A model generated the notes under the pieces. The model worked only from the letters and a program-made list of their open reading frames with translations. It did no database searches and was not told the DNA's origin. A DNA stretch of 64,000 nucleotides from an uncultured Alphaproteobacteria bacterium (GTDB taxonomy: Bacteria > Pseudomonadota > Alphaproteobacteria > Rhizobiales > Rhodomicrobiaceae): contig CAVXRT010000051.1 in NCBI GenBank assembly GCA_963764115.1, positions 5,125 through 69,124 of the forward strand. Reading direction: 5' to 3'. The position numbers and the translations under genes are program-made. This document shows positions 28,881-39,624 of this stretch, one piece after another (position 1 is the stretch's first letter; each line of letters starts with the position of its first letter).

Positions 28881-29456
28881 CTGTGTCACGCCGTGTCCTC
28901 GCGGTTAACGCGGCGCCCCAAACGGCGACGCAGAACGACGCCGCGATGAGCCACGCAGCTTGGTCGTCGCCCGCGCACTTTGTCAGCTAGAGCGTGTGGA
29001 AATTATTCGGATTCCCCTTGTTGTCGTGGCCGCCCTCCGAGGCGGCAATCCAGGGCGACAAACTCCATCTTTTTGCATTTTGGGACTGGATGGCCGGGTC
29101 AAAGCCCGGGTGTTGCGTGATCGACTGCTTTCAACCGGGGCAGTAACAATAAACCGCCTTACCAGACCAGGATCGAATGAGCTGGAGCGCCCTGGCAGGC
29201 GATTTGGGCGCCCGTCCTACGGCAATCACTCAAGGTAGCGTTATCTTGATGGCCCTGTCGGACCATGGGCGTCAGACCAAGCCGCTTCGAACGAAACCGC
29301 CTTATCGAGCCTGCATCGCCGGGAGGTTCTCGAGCGCCTCAAAGGAGGCTTGATCGGTCTCTTGGATATTGCCGACCAAGAGTCCGTCTCACAAATGATC
29401 ACTTCACGCGCGCGGCTGTTTTCTAGTCGAACGATACGATCAGACCCATCGCAAGA

Positions 29457-31082
29457 GTGATCTCAATGGCTCCAACGCTACACACTGCATTGCTGCTCTT
29501 CACTGTTCTCGTTGCGGTGGCGCTTGCCGCGCGGAGACTCGATATCGCCCCATCGATCCTTCTTGTTGTCGCGGGCGTTGGACTTGCGCTGATACCCGGA
29601 TTGCCACGATTGGAACTGGCGCCCGATTTGGTCCTGCTGGGGATCCTGCCGCCGTTGATTTATTCAGCCGGCGTTCAAATGAGCTGGCGTGAATTCCGGT
29701 TCAATCTGCGGCCCATCGCCCTTTTCGCCATTGGATGTGTCATCTTCACCGCATGCGCCGTCGCCGCGGCCGCGCATTGGCTTCTGGGCCTGCCATTGGC
29801 TGCCGCGTTCGTGCTGGGCGCAATCGTAGCGCCGCCCGATGTGGTCGCGCCGCTGGCGATCGCCCGCCGCCTCGGCCTTCCAAGACGCCTTATCGTCGTC
29901 CTTGAAGGCGAAGGTCTCGCCAATGACGCGACAGCGTTGATCCTCTATCGCTTCGCCGTCGCGGCCGTCAGCACGGGGCTGTTCTCCATCGCGGAGGCTT
30001 CGGGCACGTTCACCCTCATCATCATCGGGGAGATCGCCTACGGAATTGGAATTGGCTGGCTCAGCCTGCGGCTGCGCCGATGGGCCCGCGACCCGCGGGT
30101 GGAAATCACCTTGTCCCTGATGACGCCTTATATCGCCTACTGGGTTCCGGCCCAACTCGGGGGATCGGGCGTTCTCGCGACGGTTGCCGCCGGTCTCTAT
30201 GTGAGTTGGAACGGGCCTCTCTTGATCCCGGCGGCGACGCGGCTCCAGGGAATTTTTTTCTGGGACCTTGTGATCTATTACCTGGAGGGGCTGATCTTTC
30301 TTGTCATGGGTCTCCAGGCCCGGACGCTGATCGAGCGCATGAACGAATTCTCGCAGCAGGACCTCGCCTTTGGCATCCTTTTGGTCGTAGGCGTCGCCAT
30401 TGCCGCACGCTTTATCTGGGTGTTTCCGGCGGTTTATGTGCCGCGTTGGCTCAGCCCGTCGCTTGCCCGGCGAGACCCCTCGCCGCCCTGGCAGTGGGCA
30501 TTCCTCCTCGCCTTTGTCGGAGTCAGAGGCGTCGTCTCGCTGGCGGCGGCGCTCGGGCTCCCCTTCTACACCGCGACCGGAGCTCCGTTTCCGCACCGGG
30601 ACTTCATTCTCTTCATCACCTTTGGAACCATCGTTTTGACGCTCATCGGGCAGGGCCTGCTCCTGCCGGGGCTCGTTCGAATGCTAAACCTCAATTGCGA
30701 TAGTATCGTCGAACGCCGGAAGGAGAGGGAAGCCGAGCATAGAGCGCGAAGGGACGCGCTCAAGGTCGCGAAATTGCGGCTCGATGAACTCGCGAGCGCG
30801 AACACCCTTCCGGATGCCGTGCTGTCCTCGCTTCTCACGCGCCAGGAGTATCGCGCAAGCCGTTTGCCCAATGCATCAAGCCAGGCTGACGCGTCGGAAA
30901 CGGCCGCCCTCGGTCTTGGCCTTCGCTCCGAGCTGATCGATACCGAGAGGAAATACATCTTCAGCCTCCTGCAAGCAGGCCGGATCACTGACGAGTCTCG
31001 CCGGCGCATGGAACGGGAATTGGATCTTGAGGAGGCGAGCGTCGCGTGCCGGAAAGAAGATGGAATCGAACCACCGCTGTGA
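29457..31082 (+). CDS. CPA1-family Na+/H+ antiporter (YjcE-like)
   Basis: LGAIVAPPD, LEGEGLANDATAL, GVRGVVSLAAAL and ELDLEE. Confidence 0.95.
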   Translation: MISMAPTLHTALLLFTVLVAVALAARRLDIAPSILLVVAGVGLALIPGLPRLELAPDLVLLGILPPLIYSAGVQMSWREFRFNLRPIALFAIGCVIFTACAVAAAAHWLLGLPLAAAFVLGAIVAPPDVVAPLAIARRLGLPRRLIVVLEGEGLANDATALILYRFAVAAVSTGLFSIAEASGTFTLIIIGEIAYGIGIGWLSLRLRRWARDPRVEITLSLMTPYIAYWVPAQLGGSGVLATVAAGLYVSWNGPLLIPAATRLQGIFFWDLVIYYLEGLIFLVMGLQARTLIERMNEFSQQDLAFGILLVVGVAIAARFIWVFPAVYVPRWLSPSLARRDPSPPWQWAFLLAFVGVRGVVSLAAALGLPFYTATGAPFPHRDFILFITFGTIVLTLIGQGLLLPGLVRMLNLNCDSIVERRKEREAEHRARRDALKVAKLRLDELASANTLPDAVLSSLLTRQEYRASRLPNASSQADASETAALGLGLRSELIDTERKYIFSLLQAGRITDESRRRMERELDLEEASVACRKEDGIEPPL

Positions 31083-31296
31083 GGACTAGTACGCCCCGCG
31101 GGAAGTCCTGACCCATCTGCTGAGGGCGCAGACAGGACTTCCCGCGGATAAGGCGTACTAGCAACTCTATGATTCTCGTACAGCTTATCCGAGGCAAGGT
31201 CGCTTAAGAGCGTGCAGCGAAGCGGGTGCGAACTTGCCTCGGGCTGTACTAGTTTGGATCGGCAGCCGCCCCTTCGAAAGACGTATTGCGTCTCGC

Positions 31297-31330
31297 TGCA
31301 TTGCACTATATATTATATTGCATTGCAGCA
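31297..31330. promoter_or_regulatory. Tandem PhaR/AniA-like boxes at the mmgR promoter
   Basis: TGCATTGCACTA and TGCATTGCAGCA, 22 bp apart, flanking an AT-rich -10 region. Confidence 0.55.
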
Positions 31331-31331
31331 T

Positions 31332-31414
31332 GCGTCTGACGCTGCTGCGGCCCTCCTTGGGCGTTTCCTCCCTAGACTTGGGGCCGTTCATCATTTGGGC
31401 GGCTCATTTTTTTT
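31332..31414 (+). ncRNA. mmgR: MmgR (suhB/alpha-r8) small RNA
   Basis: Conserved core CCCTCCTTGGGCGTTTCCTCCCTAGACTTG followed by a hairpin and T8; 5' end approximate. Confidence 0.88.
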
Positions 31415-31576
31415 GCCAACCTGGTTTTGCGATCAATGGGCCGGCGGGCTGTCGGCTGCGCCTCTTTCGTAACGGCCCAGGACTGCCACTCAACGCACCC
31501 CTCAAGGTGACGCGCGTCCGATGAACGCGTGACCACTCACTCTGACATCGCCACGGCGCTTGCCCCGCGCGCCAAT

Positions 31577-31981
31577 GGTAAACGGTTCGTTGCCGCGCCG
31601 AATGGTAAATTGCACGTTGGTTAACAGGACGAGGCTGGATTTATTTCCGGTCAGATGTTTACTTAAAAAGTCGTTTACCTGGCGCAAATCAAGGAGCGCC
31701 GCGCTTTAGGCCAGCGGTAGGCAAGCTTCTCTAACCCGTTGAGCAAGAATAGCTTTCTGTCTTCCGTCGAAACCCCTTTAGTAGAATTTAATGCAGGAAT
31801 TTTTTCATTTACCGGGACGCGCAAAAGTCCGTTAAATATGTTTCGACTTTCCCGTGTTAACCAGATTCGCGCTGCAATCAGCGCGGCGCCCGCGCCGGGG
31901 GAGCCGGTCATCGAATAATTTCCATAACAATATCAATCGCTTATTCGTTAACCTCACAGCAAGGCGCTTTCTCCTAAGATC
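31577..31981 (+). repeat. Dispersed ~410 bp TTAA-rich element, copy 2
   Basis: Shares blocks TGGTTAAC, GATTTATTTCCGG, GTAGGCA, TAGAATTTAATGC, AAAAGTCCGTTAAATAT and GTTAACCT..GCAAGGCG with the other copies. Confidence 0.9.
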
Positions 31982-32015
31982 ACCGGCAGCAAGAACAATC
32001 AGGCGCCCCTCACCG

Positions 32016-32534
32016 ATGGAATTCCTCAATTCAGAGACCGCTCACACCATTATCAAGATTATATTCGCGGCAACGCTCTCCTACGGGTGCATCTCGGATA
32101 TAAAAAGCCTCAAGATTCCGAATACCGTTTCGGTGATCGTGATCGCCCTCTTCTTTCTTAATTATGCGCTTTCGATACCGACGGGGGACTTGGCGAACCA
32201 TCTCATCGTCGCCGGGGCCGCCCTTCTGTTGGGTTTCGGCGTATATGCCGCGGGCTTCATGGGTGCAGGCGACATCAAACTCATCAGCGCTCTCCTGCTT
32301 TGGGCTGGCCCCCGAGACGCATTTGCCTTTCTGATCGTCATGACCTTCGCCGGCGGTCTTTTCGCAGCGCTGCTCCTGATCGCCCGGACATCCATGGCTG
32401 TCTGGCCATCAGCTCAGCACTACATTCCATCACGACGTCTCAGGACATGGGCTCAGCGCGGCATTTTTCCTTACGGCATTGCGATTTGCACCGCGGGGCT
32501 GCTTTTGATGCACTCATTTTTCTCGCCGCGCTAA
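32016..32534 (+). CDS. cpaA: A24-family prepilin peptidase CpaA/TadV
   Basis: SD...LKIPN, MGAGDIKL and PYGIAI motifs. Confidence 0.93.
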   Translation: MEFLNSETAHTIIKIIFAATLSYGCISDIKSLKIPNTVSVIVIALFFLNYALSIPTGDLANHLIVAGAALLLGFGVYAAGFMGAGDIKLISALLLWAGPRDAFAFLIVMTFAGGLFAALLLIARTSMAVWPSAQHYIPSRRLRTWAQRGIFPYGIAICTAGLLLMHSFFSPR

Positions 32535-32717
32535 GGACCGGCAAACCGTTAGACTCGACTATTAAGCCCCAGGCTCCCGGCGCCCCGTCCATCGCCAATA
32601 GCTAATCAGTTCCATTCGTTTTATAGATTATTGTGGTCAAATAAGAATTCCTTTCTATTATGGCATTGTGGGAAGAATATACCCTTGCACACTGACATCG
32701 AGCCATATCGGGGCTGA

Positions 32718-33149
32718 ATGCTGACGAACAAAGGCAAATACGGTTTGAAGGCCATGGTGCACCTCGCCGGTCTTCGACAGGACGAAATTGCGCAAGTCGC
32801 GCAGATCGCCGAGGCCAACAAAATCCCGAAAAAGTTCCTGGATCAGATTTTTGCCGATTTGCGTCGGGCAGGTCTCGTTTATTCGAAGAAGGGCAAGGCT
32901 GGCGGCTATGCGCTGGCGAAACCGGCAAGCGAAATTCTCGTCGGACAGATCATACGGGCCATCGATGGCCCGATCGCGCCCTTTCTGTGCGCAAGCCCGA
33001 GCGCCTACCGGCCTTGCGACGACTGCGACGAAGAGATTTGCGCGGTGCGACGTCTCATGATTGATGCGCGGAACGCCTTATCGAGCGTGCTCGATACCCG
33101 GACTCTTGCGGATATGCGGGCGCGACCCGGTGTGAAAGAAGCCGCATGA
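32718..33149 (+). CDS. Rrf2-family transcriptional regulator
   Basis: KGKYGLKAM, IPKKFLDQI, S.KG..GGY.LAKP and Cys cluster. Confidence 0.95.
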   Translation: MLTNKGKYGLKAMVHLAGLRQDEIAQVAQIAEANKIPKKFLDQIFADLRRAGLVYSKKGKAGGYALAKPASEILVGQIIRAIDGPIAPFLCASPSAYRPCDDCDEEICAVRRLMIDARNALSSVLDTRTLADMRARPGVKEAA

Positions 33150-33594
33150 GCGGCCGCTTGCTCATGCTCCTCTGCGCAAGTATCGGTTTCGTCCTTGCAC
33201 TTCTGCAAGAGTTTGAAACGTCAGGAATTTTCGGGGTCTCTCCATCTTAGAGAGCTTGAGGCCTTCCGCCCAGCCGCGTTTTATACGTCTAAAGAGGCCG
33301 CGCTACCCCTCCCATACCCCGCCCGCAGACAGCCTTGGCGCCTTCAAAAGCCTTCGGCAGCCAGGCCGCCAGCCGTTTGGAATTCCGCCCTTGACCGGAA
33401 CCCTTGCTAAATCCAGTCCTTGGGAGCAAAACGGTTGCAACTGTTGCGGAATTGCACTTGTGTGCCTCAAACGCACAGGCTTAAGTTGCAAAGCTTTTAT
33501 TTTTTGAGTCACTAAGCCGCCGCAGCGAGCCTCCGCGCGTCAATCAGTCAGTTTAGTAAGCAAGTTCTCGCCAGGGATCCATTGGACGGGGAAC

Positions 33595-34551
33595 ATGAAA
33601 GCTACCAAAACGACAGTTGCCGCCTTCGCGCTCGCCGCCATGGCGTTTGGCGCCGGCGCAGCAAACGCAGCCTCCCAGGAACCGCCCGGCTGGACCGCGG
33701 GCCTTGCGCTTGGCACAGCGCTCCCGGAAGGCGTCTACTTCATCGATACCGCCTCGGTCGGCGGCTGGCGCGGCATCGACGACAGCCAATCCAACCTTTT
33801 CATCAACATTCCGCTGGTGGCCTGGTCCACGCCCTGGACGCTGCCGGGCGGCGGGCGTGTCGAATTCCTTGGCGCGGCGCCGGAAATCAGCGGCGGCGTT
33901 CCGCAGCTGCCGTCGCTCAGCTACCCATCCTGGGCGGGCCGGGACTACACCGAGTTCTATAACCCCGTCGCTTACATCGGCGCGGCGTGGGACCTTGGCA
34001 ACGGCTTCGGCTTCAGCGCCTTCGTCGGCGGATGGGCCCCGGTTGATAACCAGCTCAGGGAATTCGGCTTCAACAGCTGGGTGCTGAGCGAGCGCGTGAA
34101 CCTCAGCTACGTGGCCAATGGCTGGAAGCTGGCTGCGAACCTGAGCTTCGGCCAGCCCGGAGACAGCAATTCGCCGACAGTGCTTGGACCGTCGGGCACA
34201 CAGATCATGCCCGACTACTTCAACTATGACCTGACGGCGACCAAGACCATCGGCAAGTGGGAGGTCGGTGTGGTGGCCTTCGGTTCAACTGATACCACCA
34301 AGGCGCCGTGGAACAGTCTTGCAGGCACGGCCGTCAACGGCACGCCTTTCGGTGAGCAGGCCCAGTTCGCGGTGGGCGGCCTCGTCGGCTACAGCTTCCC
34401 GGGCATTACGCTGCAGCTCTACGCCACGACCGATGTCTACAGCAGCAACTACTACAATCTCTCGAATGCTTCCTCGTCTTACGAGACGCGCGTTTGGACG
34501 CGCGCCATTGTTCCGTTGTGGAATCCCCCCGTGCTGGAATCGCTCAAGTAG
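33595..34551 (+). CDS. Outer-membrane beta-barrel protein (SphA/phenol-MetA-like)
   Basis: Signal peptide (ANA), G.ALPEGVYF N-terminal motif and alternating beta strands. Confidence 0.7.
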   Translation: MKATKTTVAAFALAAMAFGAGAANAASQEPPGWTAGLALGTALPEGVYFIDTASVGGWRGIDDSQSNLFINIPLVAWSTPWTLPGGGRVEFLGAAPEISGGVPQLPSLSYPSWAGRDYTEFYNPVAYIGAAWDLGNGFGFSAFVGGWAPVDNQLREFGFNSWVLSERVNLSYVANGWKLAANLSFGQPGDSNSPTVLGPSGTQIMPDYFNYDLTATKTIGKWEVGVVAFGSTDTTKAPWNSLAGTAVNGTPFGEQAQFAVGGLVGYSFPGITLQLYATTDVYSSNYYNLSNASSSYETRVWTRAIVPLWNPPVLESLK

Positions 34552-34577
34552 CGTTTGGGCAATTTATCGAGCAGTTT

Positions 34578-34609
34578 ATCCCCGGTCGAGCTGCGGCCGG
34601 GGATTTTTT
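34578..34609 (+). terminator. Intrinsic terminator
   Basis: ATCCCCGGTCG/CGGCCGGGGAT stem plus T-tract. Confidence 0.75.
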
Positions 34610-34954
34610 GTCAAGCCAGTTTCGCCTCACAAATGGTGGCAGAACCGCACGTCCCCTCCCCAGAACTTGATACTCAATCAGCGCACGCAGAGGTCTCTGC
34701 AAATATTGCTCCCGTCATGACCGAACGCTCCCTCTCTTCATGAAATCATGAAGAAACCGGCCGGAGTCTGATGACAGCAAGAAAGTTGTTCGCACCCACA
34801 TTTTTCCTTGCATGAACGGCAGTTTAGCGGTGTTTGCAGCGGTATCTCAGTCGCCCCTCAAACGCATTTGACGTTCATGCCCTGGGCACCTGCGATCAGG
34901 GACGCGTTTTACTGGATCGCGGTTTTGGGGATTTCCCGAGGCGAACTTCTCGGC

Positions 34955-36625
34955 CTATTGCGAAAGACGCAGCTTGTTGAGACCAAGGGCGATATTCTGA
35001 AACGTGGTGTTCAGCTCTTCCCCTGTAGGGTTGTAGTAATAGGTCGACGGGCTGGTTGCGCATTGCTGCAAAAGCTGCAAGCCGCTGTCGTTGATCGCGT
35101 TACCGAAACCGATCGCATAAATCTGGATGCGTCCCGGATTGCTGTTCGCGTCTGTTACAGCCTTTATGTTGTTGCAAAGCGTGATGAGCTTTTGATCGAG
35201 ATTGTAGTCGGCTTGGTCTTCAACCCCATTTAAGGACGACGGAAGCGGCAGGAGATTGAGGTGGGGGCTGGCATAACCATAGGCGGTGTAGATCGCGTTA
35301 TTGAAGCCATTGGTGTTATGCGTATTCGGCTGCTGATCCTGCACGTCGTTATAGCCATCGGTGACGAGGATAATCACCTTGATGGTTGAAGTATTTGAAT
35401 AGGGAACGCCATCAGCGAATGGCCCGTTGGGCGAGAGAAGATGCCATCCCCACATCAGACCGGCCGGGATAACCGTGGCGCCTTTGGCGGCCATGGCATT
35501 GATTTCGCCTATAATTGCTGATTGACTGTTCGTCAGGCGAATGATCGGTTGGATCGTGCATAAATTGTTCGGCCCGTTGCTGGGATTTTGCACCTGAGGG
35601 CTCGTCGTGTACTTCGCAACGCACATCTGATCGCCTTGCTGCTGAGCCGTCGTCGTTCCCTTCCAGCAGGCGTTGTCGCATAAGTAGCTGTTGAAGAATG
35701 ATGTCTGGCCACCGCAGTTGTCATTGCCGTGCGAATTGCCATCGGGTTCGTCGGGCGCGAAGAACGGCGTGAAAAGCGTTGCCGGATTGCCGCTGGTGGG
35801 CGACACATCTTCGACATCATACGGCTCCGTGCGCTGACGCACACAGCCCGACCAAGCCCAGGATGATTGTTTTGCGGCAGAAGATAAATTACTCGCGAAG
35901 GTGATGAGCCCGGTGCCTGCCGGGACCGCAAGATTTTCCTGCGACATCGACCCAGCGGCATTGCTGTTGTCGATCCAGGACGCGGTCGCGTATCGAGTTC
36001 CGACATTTACCGTATCGGTGAAGGGTACGACGCCGATCCTCACATATTGCCCCGTGGGATCGCTCGCAAACAGCGTATTGACCAAGGTCGTAGCGGCAGT
36101 CTGCAGGCCCTGTATGCCTGTTGTGCTCCCGTACATGCTCGACATGGAGCCTGTGTTGTCGAGAACGAGCGCGACTTCGAGATGATTTTGCGCAGCGACC
36201 GCCTGCGAGTGAATTGTCGTCGTCAGTGTCTCGACGCCTAAGACCTGAGCGAAGGAGGTGTTTATTGTCGCGGCGACTGTCACGTCCACGGTCATGTTGT
36301 TGTTTGTCCGGGTGATGATTGGCTGCGCGAACGTCACCCCGTTTTGCATAGGAAAGGTTGCATTTACGAAAGCGTTGACGAGGTTCGTCTCGGCTGTTGC
36401 GTTGGTCAAACTCGAATTCTTCGCCAAATCGAGAGCCGCTGCGTCGACTGCCGAAATTAGCCGGTTCTTCACGACGAGAAGCCGGCCCATATCTACGGCC
36501 ATGCCGAGCAAAATTATGAATGGTACAATCACCAAGGCGGTGAGAATGAGCACGATTCCGTTTGTGTCGCTTTTGAAGTCGCCAAACTTCCTCAAAATGA
36601 TGTGGAACATAGTTTTCTGCCCCAT
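34955..36625 (-). CDS. tadG: TadG-like pilus-associated protein with vWA domain
   Basis: Pilin-like N-terminus (G.AVD.GR...AVDAAAL), MIDAS VLDNTGSM and ILVTDG. Confidence 0.9.
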   Translation of the reverse strand: MGQKTMFHIILRKFGDFKSDTNGIVLILTALVIVPFIILLGMAVDMGRLLVVKNRLISAVDAAALDLAKNSSLTNATAETNLVNAFVNATFPMQNGVTFAQPIITRTNNNMTVDVTVAATINTSFAQVLGVETLTTTIHSQAVAAQNHLEVALVLDNTGSMSSMYGSTTGIQGLQTAATTLVNTLFASDPTGQYVRIGVVPFTDTVNVGTRYATASWIDNSNAAGSMSQENLAVPAGTGLITFASNLSSAAKQSSWAWSGCVRQRTEPYDVEDVSPTSGNPATLFTPFFAPDEPDGNSHGNDNCGGQTSFFNSYLCDNACWKGTTTAQQQGDQMCVAKYTTSPQVQNPSNGPNNLCTIQPIIRLTNSQSAIIGEINAMAAKGATVIPAGLMWGWHLLSPNGPFADGVPYSNTSTIKVIILVTDGYNDVQDQQPNTHNTNGFNNAIYTAYGYASPHLNLLPLPSSLNGVEDQADYNLDQKLITLCNNIKAVTDANSNPGRIQIYAIGFGNAINDSGLQLLQQCATSPSTYYYNPTGEELNTTFQNIALGLNKLRLSQ

Positions 36626-36786
36626 GCAATCGCGCGACTTTTGAATACGAATCGACTGATAGTGTACGCTAATGCTTCGGTCTAGCCGAAATCCGTTAAA
36701 AATTGCTGGCTGCCAGGGGGGTGTGATGGGCGAGAGCCGTTCACGTATTTCCCATCAAAACTCGCAAAGTTCCACGGAGATCAGGT

Positions 36787-37305
36787 ATGCATAGAGCTCT
36801 CCGCATTCTGACACTTCGAAAGGTTCGCCGCGATCAAAGGGGCGTCGCCCTCATCGAATTTGCAATTATTGCAGTGCCATTCCTGGCGCTTATCCTGACG
36901 ATGCTGGAAATCGGTCTGATCTTTTGGGTCAGCTACGAGCTCGATAACGCAACGTTGAGTGCATCCCGGCTGATAAAAACGGGGCAGGCCCAGTCGAACG
37001 GTTACAGCCAGACAAATATGGTGGCGCAGATTTGTAGTCACATCGTCATTCTGACCGACTGCACCAGCAACCTTCAACTCACAGTCCAAACCTTTACCAC
37101 CTTCAACTGCGTGGCAAACCCGACACAGTCCGGATGCGCACCCGGTTCGAATTACAGCCTTGGCAGCGGGTCTCAGATCGAGCTGGTGACAAGCTCCTAC
37201 GAATGGCCGCTTTTCAATTTTGCAAGCGTGGCGCTGCTCAGCAATCTTCCCGATGGCAACCGCCTCATTCAGTCGGCTTCCGTGTTTCAGAACGAGCCAT
37301 TCTAG
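36787..37305 (+). CDS. tadE: TadE-family pseudopilin
   Basis: DQRGVALIEFAIIAVPF...E.G...ASRLIKTGQAQ...FQNEPF. Confidence 0.92.
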   Translation: MHRALRILTLRKVRRDQRGVALIEFAIIAVPFLALILTMLEIGLIFWVSYELDNATLSASRLIKTGQAQSNGYSQTNMVAQICSHIVILTDCTSNLQLTVQTFTTFNCVANPTQSGCAPGSNYSLGSGSQIELVTSSYEWPLFNFASVALLSNLPDGNRLIQSASVFQNEPF

Positions 37306-37316
37306 GATAAGCCCCT

Positions 37317-37832
37317 ATGAGGACCTTCCTTTTTAATCAGCGTGGCGCCGTCCTCATCGAGGCAGCCATCGCGTTGCCATTCCTGATCATTATTCTGCTT
37401 GGAATGGTGGAATTCGGTGAAGCCCTCACAGTAAGCCGGAAGAACGCTCTGGTTGCCCAAGCCGCCGCAGATCTAGTGTCCCAGCAAACGAATATGACCA
37501 CCGCGGAAGCGAACGACATCGCAAACATTCGGACAACGATCCTGCTGCCCTATGACGCGACGCCGAGCGGCCTTCGCATCAGCAGCATCATTCAGAACGC
37601 GAGCAATGCGACGGTGCAGTGGAGCCAGGCGTGGGGGAACCTTTCTGCACTCGGGCAAAATTCCACATTTACACTGCCCTCTGGTCTCATCAGCCAAGGC
37701 GCAACAATCATCATCGCTGAAGCATCCTACGCCTTCACCCCTGTTATTGGAGCTTATCTCATTGGCGGGGTGACATTCGATTACGTGGCCTACTATGTGC
37801 CTCGGCTCACCAGCGTCACCTGCTGCTCCTAA
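37317..37832 (+). CDS. TadE/TadF-family pseudopilin
   Basis: NQRGAVLIEAAIALPFL...A..AADLVSQ. Confidence 0.9.
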   Translation: MRTFLFNQRGAVLIEAAIALPFLIIILLGMVEFGEALTVSRKNALVAQAAADLVSQQTNMTTAEANDIANIRTTILLPYDATPSGLRISSIIQNASNATVQWSQAWGNLSALGQNSTFTLPSGLISQGATIIIAEASYAFTPVIGAYLIGGVTFDYVAYYVPRLTSVTCCS

Positions 37833-38518
37833 TCCTCCGCCAACTTGAATTCATAGCGAACCTCGCTGCGCCTGCTGATGCGGGGATCCGAACAGGATTT
37901 CCTGCCTGCGGGAGGCGATCGGCAATTGGTTCAGCTACGATTTATGCAATTTCGGCCACCCGCGGAATAAACATAACTGTGGAGCGTTGTACGCATTGCC
38001 TTTTTGTTGGCACATTTAAGACGAAACTGCGAAGGAGTATTTCTTCCACAGGCGTATCCTAAAATAAAACTCCACATGCGATACATAAGCAACACATACG
38101 CTTAAGCAAGCAGTGCAGGCGTATTGTATGATCGGATATCTCGCACTGGATTGGCTAGGTATGCGCGATTGATAGAATTGTGACAGTATTTTCACTGCAA
38201 GCGAGTTATGCAGTCCGCGCATCTCTTGTGTGCAATTTTTGATCTCACTACATACATCTGGGTGATATCCAAGCACACGACTACGGCTTATGGCGAAACG
38301 GCGCCGTGGAATAGGCTCGACAACTTACACGCTTTCCATATTAAGAATTGCAACCCGGGGAAACTCCGCTACCTCAGGTTTTGCTTCCAAAATGCACAAT
38401 TATAGCTGTATTGCATGCAACCCCCCTTCGCTACGTATTATCTGCCCCAGGCGCGAGTCGACGTCAGAGAACCACCTCGCCCTGAATGTAGTGCGTTAAC
38501 AAAAGACTGGGGTTAAAA

Positions 38519-38695
38519 ATGAATAGTATCATCAGCAAAATCCGTCTCTTCAGGAAAGATGAGAAGGGTGTAACGATGCTTGAGTATGGCCTGCTTGCCG
38601 TTCTCATCGCGGTAGCAGCAATTGGAGGCGCCACTGCTCTTGGTACCGGCATCGGTAAGACATTCACCGACCTATCAGCCAAGATCAACTACTAA
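38519..38695 (+). CDS. flp: Flp/type IVc major pilin (58 aa, absent from the ORF track)
   Basis: Manual translation MNSIISKIRLFRKDEKG|VTMLEYGLLAVLIAVAAIGGATALGTGIGKTFTDLSAKINY contains the Flp G|xxxxEY motif. Confidence 0.95.
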   Translation: MNSIISKIRLFRKDEKGVTMLEYGLLAVLIAVAAIGGATALGTGIGKTFTDLSAKINY

Positions 38696-38705
38696 CAATT
38701 AGGCG

Positions 38706-38740
38706 TGGGCCCGAAGCCATATCGGCTTGGCTTCGGCCCA
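38706..38740 (+). terminator. Stem-loop after flp (attenuator or mRNA stabiliser)
   Basis: CCGAAGCCA/TGGCTTCGG inverted repeat between flp and cpaB. Confidence 0.6.
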
Positions 38741-38771
38741 TGCCCTTTATCTTATTTCTATGAGGTTTTGC

Positions 38772-39560
38772 ATGCGGATTGGCTCAGTTATCATCTTCGC
38801 CGTCGCATTCATATTCGCAGGCATTGCGGCGTTTCTCGTACGCGCGGCGGTTCTCGGCAACGGAACAAAGGCAACGCAAACTGCCATTGTTGCCGCCCGC
38901 GATCTCAAGGCAGGCGAGAAGCTCATGCCTGACATGGTTCGCGAGGTGCAATTTCCCTCTGAATTTCTGCCCAGAGGCGCCTATACCTCCAGCGATCAAA
39001 TATTCGCGGGCGACGCGGAGCGCATGTTAGCGGCGGCCATCTCTCAAAATGAGCCGATCCTCGCACAACGCCTGCTCGATAGCTCGGACACCATGGTCGG
39101 CCGGATGAACCCCGGCATGCACGGAGTCACCATAAAGGTCAACGAGACCTCAAGCGTCGGCGGCTTCGTTCAGCCGGGCGATCACGTCGATGTGCTGCTG
39201 ACGCAGACAGAGAACGGAGAGGCAAACTCGTCGCATCGGGCTTACACAAAATCCCTGATTAAAAACATAAGAGTGCTGGCTGCCGATCAGCAAACCCAGC
39301 GCAGAATAGATGCATTACCTCCGAAGACGGTAACACTCGAAGTGACGGAGGACGATGCGAAGAAGCTGACGCTGGCCGGAACAATCGGACAACTGTCTCT
39401 TACGCTGAACAGGGGTGACAGCGGCGAGAACACTGGCCGTGTTGTCGATGCGCGTGATCTCGTGGCTACGCCAGACGAGGAGGCGGCCTCTGATGATACG
39501 CCCGTAACAATTTTCAGGTCTGCGAAGCCGGAAGGATACCGTGTTCCGGCGGTACAATAG
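38772..39560 (+). CDS. cpaB: Flp pilus assembly protein CpaB
   Basis: SAF domain (VAARDLKAG), VGGFVQPGDHVDVLLT, RVLAADQ and TVTLEVT. Confidence 0.95.
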   Translation: MRIGSVIIFAVAFIFAGIAAFLVRAAVLGNGTKATQTAIVAARDLKAGEKLMPDMVREVQFPSEFLPRGAYTSSDQIFAGDAERMLAAAISQNEPILAQRLLDSSDTMVGRMNPGMHGVTIKVNETSSVGGFVQPGDHVDVLLTQTENGEANSSHRAYTKSLIKNIRVLAADQQTQRRIDALPPKTVTLEVTEDDAKKLTLAGTIGQLSLTLNRGDSGENTGRVVDARDLVATPDEEAASDDTPVTIFRSAKPEGYRVPAVQ

Positions 39561-39624
39561 TTCTTATGGTTTCGGTTCATTGCGTTGGCTAGGGAGGCGT
39601 TAGTGGCGACGAGTTGATAGATTT

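Noticed and set aside
28987-29240. Possible additional MITE starting CTAGAGCG
   Set aside because: REP-like hairpins are present, but no matching opposite end or second copy could be established in the window
31295-31325. dif (XerC/D) site
   Set aside because: Only the AT-rich centre resembles dif; the XerC arm is poor and the position matches the mmgR promoter
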